DNA of 64,000 nucleotides from a virus (Duplodnaviria; Heunggongvirae; Uroviricota; Caudoviricetes): IMG/VR virus record IMGVR_UViG_2703718815_000003; one strand, 5' to 3'. Shown piece by piece: positions 56,552 to 64,000 of this stretch (position 1 is its first letter; each line of letters starts with the position of its first letter). The notes under the pieces were generated by a model. It saw only the letters and a program-made list of their open reading frames with translations, ran no database searches and was not told where the DNA came from. The position numbers and the translations under genes were made by a program.

Positions 56552-57649
56552 AAAATTTACACGAATAAGCTCTGTTGATAGACGATCTCCCTTAAATTTG
56601 TGGTCAATTTCGTCTAAATCCGGTTGCTCTACGATTGATGCGATGTACGTCGAGAAACTTTCTAAGGCGTCTCGCATCTCGTCCATATAATCGTGACGGT
56701 CGTAGACCCGATCTATCCCCTCAAGACTGTGGTTCATGATTTTACGTGATACCTCCTGGCTTATGCCTAATGCTGGGAAGTAACTACGCGCAGTACGGCG
56801 CAAATCTCGGGGTGTAAATGGCTCAAGCTCCATCAGTTCTGGTCGTTCCAGAATACGACGTAATGCCTGGGCTATTGCCACTTTAGACATAGGAAGGTCT
56901 TTCCCGATTTTTTTATTCGAAGGCACGAGCCACTGGCTGTCTTTACCATATTCGAACAACTCTTCAATACAAGTGCGCATTAATGAGCTTAAAGGCAGAG
57001 AATGCTCACGGGCAGATTTGTTCCTCTTGCCTTGATTCCAAACCCCACGCTTAAGATTGAACTCACTTTTTTTAGCCCGCAGTACTTCGTCAGGTCGTCT
57101 TGCTGATACAAGACACAGTCTGGCCGCCCATTTTGTACCAGCGCACACATTGAAGTAGTCCCATATATTCCAGAACACCCATACCTCTGCGTCAGTCAGC
57201 TTCCGCTCGCGGGGCGTGGGCTTTGCGCCACCGGCAACTTTGTTAAGTGACATATCGTTTAACGGTGACACGTCTATCATCCCCTGGAAGGCGCACCAGC
57301 TAAGGAACTGCTTCATCAGAGAGAAAACGCGGCGGCCCATAACAATTTTGCCATCCAGTATTAGTGGGTTGACCAGTTGGTTCACCATGAACCTATTAAT
57401 ATCACTTACTTTTACATCGGCAATGTGCGGCAAAACATGTATCAAAATACAATGAACAGCGATCTCTGGCCGACGTCTGGTTATCAGCAGAGATAAGCGA
57501 GTGAATAACATGAATGCGTCCGAGAATCTCATGTCATTGCTAACCTGGGAGATCATAACGGCCTGCATTTGAGATGCTCTTTCGAGATACTCAATCGCCT
57601 CTTTTGAGGTGTTCTCCGCAGCGCGTGCTCTGTCAAAGCTATTTTTCAT
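56546..57649 (-). CDS. tyrosine recombinase (integrase/resolvase family)
   Basis: 367 aa; C-terminal catalytic region with R...HxLR...Y spacing (ARRPDEV, HSLP, LRRTARSY, IMNHS, VYDRHDY). Confidence 0.7.
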   Translation of the reverse strand: MKNSFDRARAAENTSKEAIEYLERASQMQAVMISQVSNDMRFSDAFMLFTRLSLLITRRRPEIAVHCILIHVLPHIADVKVSDINRFMVNQLVNPLILDGKIVMGRRVFSLMKQFLSWCAFQGMIDVSPLNDMSLNKVAGGAKPTPRERKLTDAEVWVFWNIWDYFNVCAGTKWAARLCLVSARRPDEVLRAKKSEFNLKRGVWNQGKRNKSAREHSLPLSSLMRTCIEELFEYGKDSQWLVPSNKKIGKDLPMSKVAIAQALRRILERPELMELEPFTPRDLRRTARSYFPALGISQEVSRKIMNHSLEGIDRVYDRHDYMDEMRDALESFSTYIASIVEQPDLDEIDHKFKGDRLSTELIRVNFS

Positions 57650-57747
57650 ATGACAATCACCGAGTTACGCCGATGTACTGTATAAGTAAACAGTATATTA
57701 GGCATAGATTCTTATAGGATCAAGAGTAAAAGTAACTCATTTTTACT

Positions 57748-57780
57748 AATGATTCCATACATAGTAGGTATGGAATCATT
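57748..57780. promoter_or_regulatory. lox/dif-like site: perfect 13-bp inverted repeat with 7-bp spacer
   Basis: AATGATTCCATAC-ATAGTAG-GTATGGAATCATT about 100 bp upstream of recombinase start. Confidence 0.5.
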
Positions 57781-57861
57781 TAGACGTCGTTTTTTAAATT
57801 TTAAGGTAAACAGGAGTGAGTTTGGTGGGGAATAAAAAACGGCTCCTGTGAGCCGTTAAAA

Positions 57862-58110
57862 TCAGAGGGTGCTGACGTATGCAGCCAGTTCTGTGTATCC
57901 GCCAATCGGCTGGCCATCGATCAGCACCTGGGGGATAGTCTCTACCGGTTTATCAACAATTTCACTTAGTTTTTCCTTGTCGATACCGGCAGTGGTGATG
58001 TCGATGTACTCATAATCACCGTAGCCATGTCCCTTTAGTTGCTTCGCCAGCTCAACCGCACGTTTGCAGTATGAGCAGTTATCTCGTCCGTAGATAACGA
58101 CTTTCATCAC
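57862..58110 (-). CDS. glutaredoxin (NrdC/NrdH-like)
   Basis: 82 aa; VVIYGRDNCSYCKRA active site; ...PQVLIDGQPIGGY. Confidence 0.75.
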   Translation of the reverse strand: MMKVVIYGRDNCSYCKRAVELAKQLKGHGYGDYEYIDITTAGIDKEKLSEIVDKPVETIPQVLIDGQPIGGYTELAAYVSTL

Positions 58111-58292
58111 TTCACCTCGTGCAACTGCTGTTCATTAACGATGATTGTGTCAATTTCGTAGCCGTGGATGCGTGGCTTTGGCTTCACTGCCTGACGAGCT
58201 GCGCGACGCGCCTGTTTACGTTTGTTTCCCATATAGAGTCCTTTCAAGTGAGTAAGTGTCGTGACTATAGCTAAAATGAATAGGTGAGTCAT
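58107..58292 (-). CDS. possible small basic protein
   Basis: Track ORF; likely shorter (MGNKRKQARRAARQ...); ATGA overlap with glutaredoxin. Confidence 0.3.
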   Translation of the reverse strand: MTHLFILAIVTTLTHLKGLYMGNKRKQARRAARQAVKPKPRIHGYEIDTIIVNEQQLHEVK

Positions 58293-58300
58293 TACCTATT
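58279..58300. promoter_or_regulatory. class II palindromic motif in divergent intergenic region
   Basis: aataggtgagtcattacctatt. Confidence 0.4.
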
Positions 58301-58381
58301 TAATGTGTTTGGTTACTAAGCAGAAATGGCTTTGTGAGGTTGACACATTAGAAACGGCAAGACAGCTTTAAACTAGCTGAA

Positions 58382-59503
58382 ATGGTATGGTCGATTAGGT
58401 ATCATTCAGTTTCAAAATTAACCAAAGACACTGATAAAATGCCTGTTTTGTTAATCCTCATACTTGGGACAGTGATGATTATTTTCTGGGATACCGTCAA
58501 GGAAAACGTAGAGGTCATAGGTACACTTGCCACTTCACTTGCATTTTTCGCCACAGCATGGGCCGCTTACGAGGCAAGGCATAGTGCAAAGGCAGCAATG
58601 AGGGCCACTAGGCTGACGGCAGCTTCACTCCTTGAAATGAAAAAAGCCTCTTTTAAGGAATGGTACGGCATATTACTTGAACAGCATAATAGATTACTTG
58701 AGGATGTTAACAAGACCTTGCAGGATGATAGGGAACTTAATGCAAAACTGGGAACGAATCTCATCAAGGCTATTTATTACCATGTAACCAAAAACTCCGT
58801 TTACATTAAATATATTAACCACATAGTTTTAATTCTTGATTATTTAGATAAAGACTTCTATTCGCCGTCATCAGCCGATTATGAAAAGAGAGCTTACATA
58901 GAACAGCTGCGCAACAGCATTAGTCCTAATGTAAGCCTGCTGATAGCTACATTCGGCCTTAATATTGACACTAATAAAACCTATGACGCAAAGAGGCTTT
59001 ACAGCCTGCTAAGCAAGTATAACTTCTTCGAAGGCCAACTTTTTTTTGAAGAAGCAATATCGAAAGTTCATTATTTGGACTCTTATGCTGCTGTGATATT
59101 TGATAACGAATACCGAAAAGATGTAGAGTTTTATGTTGAAGAAATGGTTCGAGGTCGTGAGACCCCTAAAATCGATTCAAGATATCGTCATTTAAGGGCT
59201 ACGTTCGCAATTCTGTGGTCTTACAACAACCCCTGCCGACAACATTTGCTTCAAAGATTTAATGACCTACCTATGCATATGCGAAACAGCATTGAGCTGA
59301 GGATGGAAAATGCAGCCGATAAAGTAGCTGAGTTCAACTCTTTGTTACTTGGTTTTATAGGCTGGGAGCTTAGAATCGCAGGTAATAAAGTGAGGGTGAT
59401 CAAGGATGAAAAACATTTAAAGAGGCTAATAAAACTCAACGATAAGTATCCTATTCCCCCCCCGAGAGAAAGGTATTCTGTTAACCAATGGTTTCACCAA
59501 TAG
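58382..59503 (+). CDS. membrane-anchored protein of unknown function (two N-terminal TM helices + about 300-aa domain)
   Basis: Track ORF ATG 58382 (alternative ATG 58439 at MPVLLILILG...); AT-rich; plus strand. Confidence 0.6.
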   Translation: MVWSIRYHSVSKLTKDTDKMPVLLILILGTVMIIFWDTVKENVEVIGTLATSLAFFATAWAAYEARHSAKAAMRATRLTAASLLEMKKASFKEWYGILLEQHNRLLEDVNKTLQDDRELNAKLGTNLIKAIYYHVTKNSVYIKYINHIVLILDYLDKDFYSPSSADYEKRAYIEQLRNSISPNVSLLIATFGLNIDTNKTYDAKRLYSLLSKYNFFEGQLFFEEAISKVHYLDSYAAVIFDNEYRKDVEFYVEEMVRGRETPKIDSRYRHLRATFAILWSYNNPCRQHLLQRFNDLPMHMRNSIELRMENAADKVAEFNSLLLGFIGWELRIAGNKVRVIKDEKHLKRLIKLNDKYPIPPPRERYSVNQWFHQ

Positions 59504-59534
59504 ATTCGCTGATGAGATTAAAAATAGTCTGTCT

Positions 59535-59672
59535 ATGTATAAGTTAGAAAATGCCTATTTAGCACTCAACTCTAATCAACACAAAGAAAAGGTGATTGAT
59601 GAAATTGTTGTTGAAGTTGAGAAAATTGTCGATAAATTTAAAGCAGAACTTGATTCTTTGGATTTCAACTAA
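59535..59672 (+). CDS. small protein (45 aa)
   Basis: MYKLENAYLALNSNQHKEKVIDEIVVEVEKIVDKFKAELDSLDFN*; followed by strong terminator; not in 60-aa track. Confidence 0.35.
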   Translation: MYKLENAYLALNSNQHKEKVIDEIVVEVEKIVDKFKAELDSLDFN

Positions 59673-59674
59673 GC

Positions 59675-59700
59675 AAAAAGGGGCCGAAGCCCCTTTAATT
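59675..59700 (+). terminator. rho-independent terminator
   Basis: aggggccgaagcccct + T-rich. Confidence 0.6.
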
Positions 59701-59781
59701 ATTTGCGCTGAAAAAAGTGTTGCTAGGATGTTAGCAAGCTATGGTTAAGAACGTCTGCCGCAATTGTCTATCACAGCGTTG

Positions 59782-59850
59782 AGCGGTCTGGTTTATGTTA
59801 GCGGAGTCTTAATCTGGGTGATTAAAAGGCCAAACCGCTCAACGCTGTGT
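59782..59850. repeat. 15-bp inverted repeat with about 40-bp spacer
   Basis: cacagcgttgagcgg ... ccgctcaacgctgtg, next to tRNA array. Confidence 0.45.
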
Positions 59851-59851
59851 C

Positions 59852-59938
59852 TGGCGGAGAGTAATGGAATCGAACCATCATCGCTTGCGCAATGGGACGG
59901 TTTTCAAGACCGCTTGAGCACCATGCTCCCTACTCTCC
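59852..59938 (-). tRNA. tRNA-Ser (anticodon UGA), long variable arm
   Basis: Acceptor GGAGAGT/ACTCTCC, anticodon loop CTTGAAA, T-loop GGTTCGATTCC, encoded CCA; D-arm atypical. Confidence 0.6.
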
Positions 59939-60151
59939 AGTTGTTGTGGTGCCGGGGGCTTCCCGGTGTCCTTTGGCTGGTTATCCACCGTGGACGGAGC
60001 CAATAGTCATCACAAAGGATCAATATAACCATTTCCCCGCGTGCGCTTAGCCGCATTCACCACAACGAAAAGAGCACTGTATGACGTTTGCACGGACTTA
60101 CGCTTAAAACAGGGCAGTCTCGGCGGTTCTCAATGCTCTTTCCTGTTGTGT

Positions 60152-60227
60152 TGGTGCCGGTTAACGGATTCGAACCGCCGACCATTCGCTTACAAGGCGA
60201 CTGCTCTACCAACTGAGCTAAACCGGC
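60152..60227 (-). tRNA. tRNA-Thr (anticodon UGU)
   Basis: Acceptor GCCGGTT/AACCGGC, D-arm TAGCTCAGTTGGTAGAGCA, loop CTTGTAA, T-loop GGTTCGAATCC, CCA. Confidence 0.75.
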
Positions 60228-60231
60228 AATT

Positions 60232-60318
60232 TGGTGGGGAGTGATGGAGTCGAACCACCCGAGTCGCAATGACAGTAGATTTACAGTCTACACCGCTACC
60301 TCTACGGACTAACTCCCC
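60232..60318 (-). tRNA. tRNA-Tyr (anticodon GUA), long variable arm
   Basis: Acceptor GGGGAGT/ACTCCCC, anticodon stem-loop GTAGA-CTGTAAA-TCTAC, T-loop GGTTCGACTCC, CCA. Confidence 0.75.
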
Positions 60319-60323
60319 TAAAT

Positions 60324-60398
60324 TGGCGATGGTGGGTGGATTCGAACCACCGACCAGTTGGTTAACAGCCAACTGCTCTACCGCTGAGCTACACCATC
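60324..60398 (-). tRNA. tRNA-Asn (anticodon GUU)
   Basis: Acceptor GATGGTG/CACCATC, D-arm TAGCTCAGCGGTAGAGCA, anticodon stem-loop GTTGG-CTGTTAA-CCAAC, T-loop GGTTCGAATCC, CCA. Confidence 0.75.
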
Positions 60399-60399
60399 A

Positions 60400-61170
60400 A
60401 TTCGGCACTGCCAGTATTTATTACTCAACAGTGCCAATCGCGACGGTTTAGTTTCTGCCAGGAAACGCACCGCTACTTGCACTTTTCGTTAGTGCCAGAC
60501 GCTTTCGACTTCGCTCAATAGTAGAAGGCAAAATCTTTAAGTAGATGATGTTTCTGAGGACAGCACCTACTTTGTAATTTATACAATGTGATGTATGGAA
60601 TCATTTGTTGTGAAAACAGGCACCAATGGCAACAGTGGTTAAACCTACACAACAATCCTGTCTTCACAACGTTGAGGCCACTACTCCGATTGAATGTTTG
60701 CCCAACATGTTACATATCAACGCTCGCCGGTATCTCTGTGAATAGAACCTTAGAATTGATAAAAATGTAATGGCCTCAACGTTGTGTGCTGGCTAACCAT
60801 ACCAGCCGGGCTACGTCGCCGCTTTTTAACCCAGTATAAACGACATAATTGAACAAAATGACGTAACAGGATGGGCGGTCAGAGGCTAAGAATCCGGGAG
60901 TCATATGGAGTTGAAAATATACCGACCGCCCATTCTGTTACTTCATCGGAGGGAACACTCATGTTCCCTCCTGCGTTCTGCAATCACACTCGCTCAGTGT
61001 GTCCCATTTCGGTAACGAGGCTGGAAACTGACCTCGCTGGTGTTTGGCTTATTAGGCTACTGCCAGATAGACTTCTTCGTTTGCACTTGTATTTAAGTTC
61101 AAACAGTCGCGTCTCAACGAAAACAAAGTCATCTTATACATAAAAGATAAGTAAGTAAATACTTATTATT
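60400..61170. other. ORF-poor structured region upstream of tRNA array
   Basis: About 770 bp without credible ORF; several 9-10 bp stems; copy of GATGTATGGAATCATTT motif near 60589. Confidence 0.4.
61146..61166. promoter_or_regulatory. class II palindromic motif
   Basis: gataagtaagtaaatacttat. Confidence 0.45.
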
Positions 61171-61176
61171 GTGTTT

Positions 61177-61467
61177 TTATTCGGTTGTGACTTTTTTGAT
61201 CAAGGCCACTCTACGACTAGGTGTTCTTGTGATGGTGGCAGTGAATCGTTTCGCTTGGATAGTAATGGTTTCGTTCTCCTTAAGTTGCCCGTAGCGAGTT
61301 TCCACCAGGGTGCCAAGACGCCACAGACCATCATCGATACGTTTATGACTAGCAAATTTAATCAGCAACAGTTTTACGACTAACTGACCTACGTAAAAGG
61401 CGAATGCGACTCCGGCCGCTAAGCAATAGGTGGCCAACCACCAGTCCCAAGAAGTTAAATTGCTCAT
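61177..61467 (-). CDS. hypothetical protein with N-terminal TM segment (96 aa)
   Basis: Track ORF; ATGA-coupled. Confidence 0.45.
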   Translation of the reverse strand: MSNLTSWDWWLATYCLAAGVAFAFYVGQLVVKLLLIKFASHKRIDDGLWRLGTLVETRYGQLKENETITIQAKRFTATITRTPSRRVALIKKVTTE

Positions 61468-61616
61468 TTTCTAACCTTTGTTTCATGAACTACCCGATAC
61501 ACACGCTTTCCGATGCACAGTGTTTTGGTTTTAAGTTCCTGCTTAATTAAATCACGACAGATGCCGAAGCCGATAAGGAAGCCACCCATAAAAGCTAATG
61601 AGATGTATGGAATCAT
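61464..61616 (-). CDS. small protein (50 aa), translationally coupled
   Basis: MIPYISLAFMGGFLIGFGIC...; ATGA overlaps both neighbours; start coincides with GTATGGAATCAT motif copy. Confidence 0.3.
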   Translation of the reverse strand: MIPYISLAFMGGFLIGFGICRDLIKQELKTKTLCIGKRVYRVVHETKVRK

Positions 61617-61828
61617 TTTAACGCTCCTGATTCTACTAATTGCTGTAGCAATAATTTCCCTTTATCAGTTAACTGGTAGTTGGCCGAGCACCACGTTTCA
61701 GAAACGTTTGCAACCAACCCTAAACGCTCTAACTTAGCTCGCGTTTTAGGCTTCCAGTACTCAGGGAACTCCGGCCACTTACTGATTTCATGAAGCGTTT
61801 CTTTCTCCCTTTTACTTAATACGATCAT
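61613..61828 (-). CDS. hypothetical protein (71 aa)
   Basis: Track ORF; ATGA overlap with ligase stop. Confidence 0.45.
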   Translation of the reverse strand: MIVLSKREKETLHEISKWPEFPEYWKPKTRAKLERLGLVANVSETWCSANYQLTDKGKLLLQQLVESGALK

Positions 61829-63147
61829 TCTTTATCTCCGATTCGATCTTCGGTATCGCGTAAGCAACGCGGCCATTTCAGTCGTGGGTGGCGTAAGCTG
61901 CCATCAGGTGTTTTCTCGTGACAATGAACCTCGACAATACGACCACGGTACTTCTCTTTGTTGTTCCAGATCTCGTCCAGATATTTATGCTTAATGCCAC
62001 TCGCACGAACGATGACGCCGTTTTCAAGACGAATAACAATTTTTCCAAGCGTGTTGGCAAAACCAGAGTCCGGGTCGCCCGGCTCAAAATCGATAATTTC
62101 ACCATCTTCTGAATCTTCGTCTTTTAACTTCCACCAGCTGCGGGTACGTTTAAACTCGTAAACAGAGTTCGGATCTTTGCCCATCTCCCCTTCTTCGTTA
62201 TCGTCCAGGCGTTTCATGAAGCGTTCGATGAAGTCTTCGTGGCTATGGATGATGTAGAACGGATGTAGGTGAATGTCTTGCGCGTAGTCTTCACTGCGAT
62301 CGTTTTTGAACAACGCCACGAGAATAGCCAGGCGCTCTTTCAGCTTCATACCTGTCTTTGCATACTCTTTGGATTTAGCCTGTGCCCGCCATTCCGGTAG
62401 GAAGAAGTCGAAAACATGATAAATAGCGCCAATTGCCTGCACGTTCTTTTTGCGCAATGCAGATACGGACTGGTTAAATGAACCGGCTGTTCCTTCACCA
62501 TCGAAGAAGATGTGTTTGTGGCCTGAAAGTTTGCCTAATTCGAGCATGGCTGGCTTTAGGTGATCGAGAGACGTGATTGGATTACCAGTACGAGAAAGGA
62601 AGTTCACCTCTTCCTCGTCAACAATAACCTCGCAAATTACTCGCAAACCATCGAGCTTAAGGCTGCCAATCATCGGCCATTTTGCTTTAGGATTTGGCTT
62701 GAAGGGGTATTTGTCGCCTTTTTCTTTATACGGTGACGCCAGCTGCACCTCAAATTTCGGAATGGGATTTTCAAAAACCTTGTTGCATAGGCTAATCCCA
62801 ACACCCGCTTTCGGGTCTTTTAAGAGGAAACGACGGAACACGTCCTGCCCATCGGCGCACATTGACGCCACGATAGACTCAACAGCAGCTATTGCTGCGT
62901 TCCCCGTCAGCTCGCGAGAGGCCAGCTTATTCAGTATATCAATGGCTTTTTCGTCACTTGGGACGGACTCACTAAGCGGCTCTGCCACTTTGTATTTCTT
63001 TACCCCAAAACGGATGAAAGGGTTGAGCATCAATGAAACCATGCTTTGCTCGAAGTCATCCATGTTGGCCAATGCCTCTTTTTTTGCATTGGTTCCCATA
63101 GCTTTCATTTCGTCCAGCTTATGCTTAAGTGCGATCAACTTTTTCAT
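61825..63147 (-). CDS. ATP-dependent DNA ligase
   Basis: 440 aa; motif I SLKLDGLR (KxDG); motif III FFDGE; later WWKLK. Confidence 0.8.
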   Translation of the reverse strand: MKKLIALKHKLDEMKAMGTNAKKEALANMDDFEQSMVSLMLNPFIRFGVKKYKVAEPLSESVPSDEKAIDILNKLASRELTGNAAIAAVESIVASMCADGQDVFRRFLLKDPKAGVGISLCNKVFENPIPKFEVQLASPYKEKGDKYPFKPNPKAKWPMIGSLKLDGLRVICEVIVDEEEVNFLSRTGNPITSLDHLKPAMLELGKLSGHKHIFFDGEGTAGSFNQSVSALRKKNVQAIGAIYHVFDFFLPEWRAQAKSKEYAKTGMKLKERLAILVALFKNDRSEDYAQDIHLHPFYIIHSHEDFIERFMKRLDDNEEGEMGKDPNSVYEFKRTRSWWKLKDEDSEDGEIIDFEPGDPDSGFANTLGKIVIRLENGVIVRASGIKHKYLDEIWNNKEKYRGRIVEVHCHEKTPDGSLRHPRLKWPRCLRDTEDRIGDKE

Positions 63148-63626
63148 TGTTGTTTTGCCTCCATATGTTGATCGATTTGCTCATGTGTTTCTTTTGTTGT
63201 TTCTTCAAGCAACGCCGCATACACGTCAGTGATCGCTGTTTGTGATGTGGTGCTCTTCTTAACCATGCTATTAATCGTTACACTGTCACGTTTTCGTTTT
63301 ATAGTTCTGGCTTGTTTATTCCGTTCTTCAACCTCCTTAATGAGCGCGGTCATATCTTCGAAATACAGAGATTCTCCTTTACGAATCTCTTCAACCATCA
63401 TTTTTAACGCCTTGCATTTGCCTGCTTTGATAGCGGTTGCGCACGACTGGAATGAAGTTCGAGGAAGACGATTTTCTTTGAAGGCAAGAATGGTGTGCTG
63501 GCAAACGGAGTAGCTGCAATATGCCGACTCACCGTTTATCTTTACTTCCTCACAACGAAGTGAATAACCATTATTTCCTGAAATAGAAGGGATTTTTGAC
63601 AAATCAGCTTTCACAACTACCGCCAT
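63144..63626 (-). CDS. hypothetical protein (160 aa)
   Basis: Track ORF; ATGA overlap with ligase start. Confidence 0.5.
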   Translation of the reverse strand: MAVVVKADLSKIPSISGNNGYSLRCEEVKINGESAYCSYSVCQHTILAFKENRLPRTSFQSCATAIKAGKCKALKMMVEEIRKGESLYFEDMTALIKEVEERNKQARTIKRKRDSVTINSMVKKSTTSQTAITDVYAALLEETTKETHEQIDQHMEAKQQ

Positions 63627-63636
63627 AAATAATCTT

Positions 63637-63649
63637 GTACTTACCTATC
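63637..63649. promoter_or_regulatory. class II motif (partial)
   Basis: gtacttacctatc. Confidence 0.35.
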
Positions 63650-63681
63650 GTTATTTGCGTAAAAAACGACGCGCGGAGAGA

Positions 63682-63984
63682 TTACCAACTTCCCCAGCTA
63701 ACCATCTTGCGCTGATTGCTTTCTAAGCGATAGGGGACAAGAAGCTCTGTGACATGATTGGTGGCGTATGATTTGGCCTCTTGCTCTATCATCGGTAATT
63801 CGTTAGCAATCCTGACCACCTTCCAAGCAAATTCCGCCATTACGCCATCACATGCCTTCCCAGCATCAATAACGATATGCACCAGATCCAACTGGCTTTT
63901 GCACATGTCGCAAAGAGACGCATACTCACTCTCTCTGATTACATTTACGGCATCATTAGCCCCTTTATTAAGCAAGACTTCCAA
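63682..63984 (-). CDS. hypothetical protein (100 aa or longer)
   Basis: Track ORF; true start may lie beyond window end. Confidence 0.4.
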   Translation of the reverse strand: MEVLLNKGANDAVNVIRESEYASLCDMCKSQLDLVHIVIDAGKACDGVMAEFAWKVVRIANELPMIEQEAKSYATNHVTELLVPYRLESNQRKMVSWGSW

Positions 63985-64000
63985 CAGGTTTTTCGGGGTA

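Overview
Most of this window is a densely packed, almost entirely minus-strand DNA-replication and nucleotide-metabolism region of a large phage or phage-plasmid-like element. The P1/SSU5-type assignment is an inference from gene content and architecture, not a database hit. Supporting it: a RepA-type initiator flanked by about 5 upstream and 12 downstream iterons with a DnaA-box-like site and GATC cluster, a LexA-box-controlled UmuD'-like gene, a tyrosine recombinase with a lox-like inverted repeat, and a four-tRNA array. Recognisable enzymes include RNase H, two N6-adenine methyltransferases, a DnaQ-like exonuclease, DHFR, a thymidylate synthase with large insertions, NrdA/NrdB, SbcC/SbcD-like proteins, a RecA split by a LAGLIDADG intein, a flap endonuclease, a gp32-like SSB, a DnaE-type polymerase, a CobS/CobT-like AAA+/VWA pair, glutaredoxin and an ATP-dependent ligase. 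A chromosome-like divergent metG/apbC(mrp) pair sits at about 6.6-10.0 kb with element sequence on both sides. Three recurring intergenic motif families and several ORF-free structured tracts are not explained by the gene calls. No CRISPR array, IS element or reverse transcriptase was recognised. All calls are by eye from the sequence and ORF track; coordinates of hand-located motifs, hairpins and tRNAs may be off by 1-2 nt.
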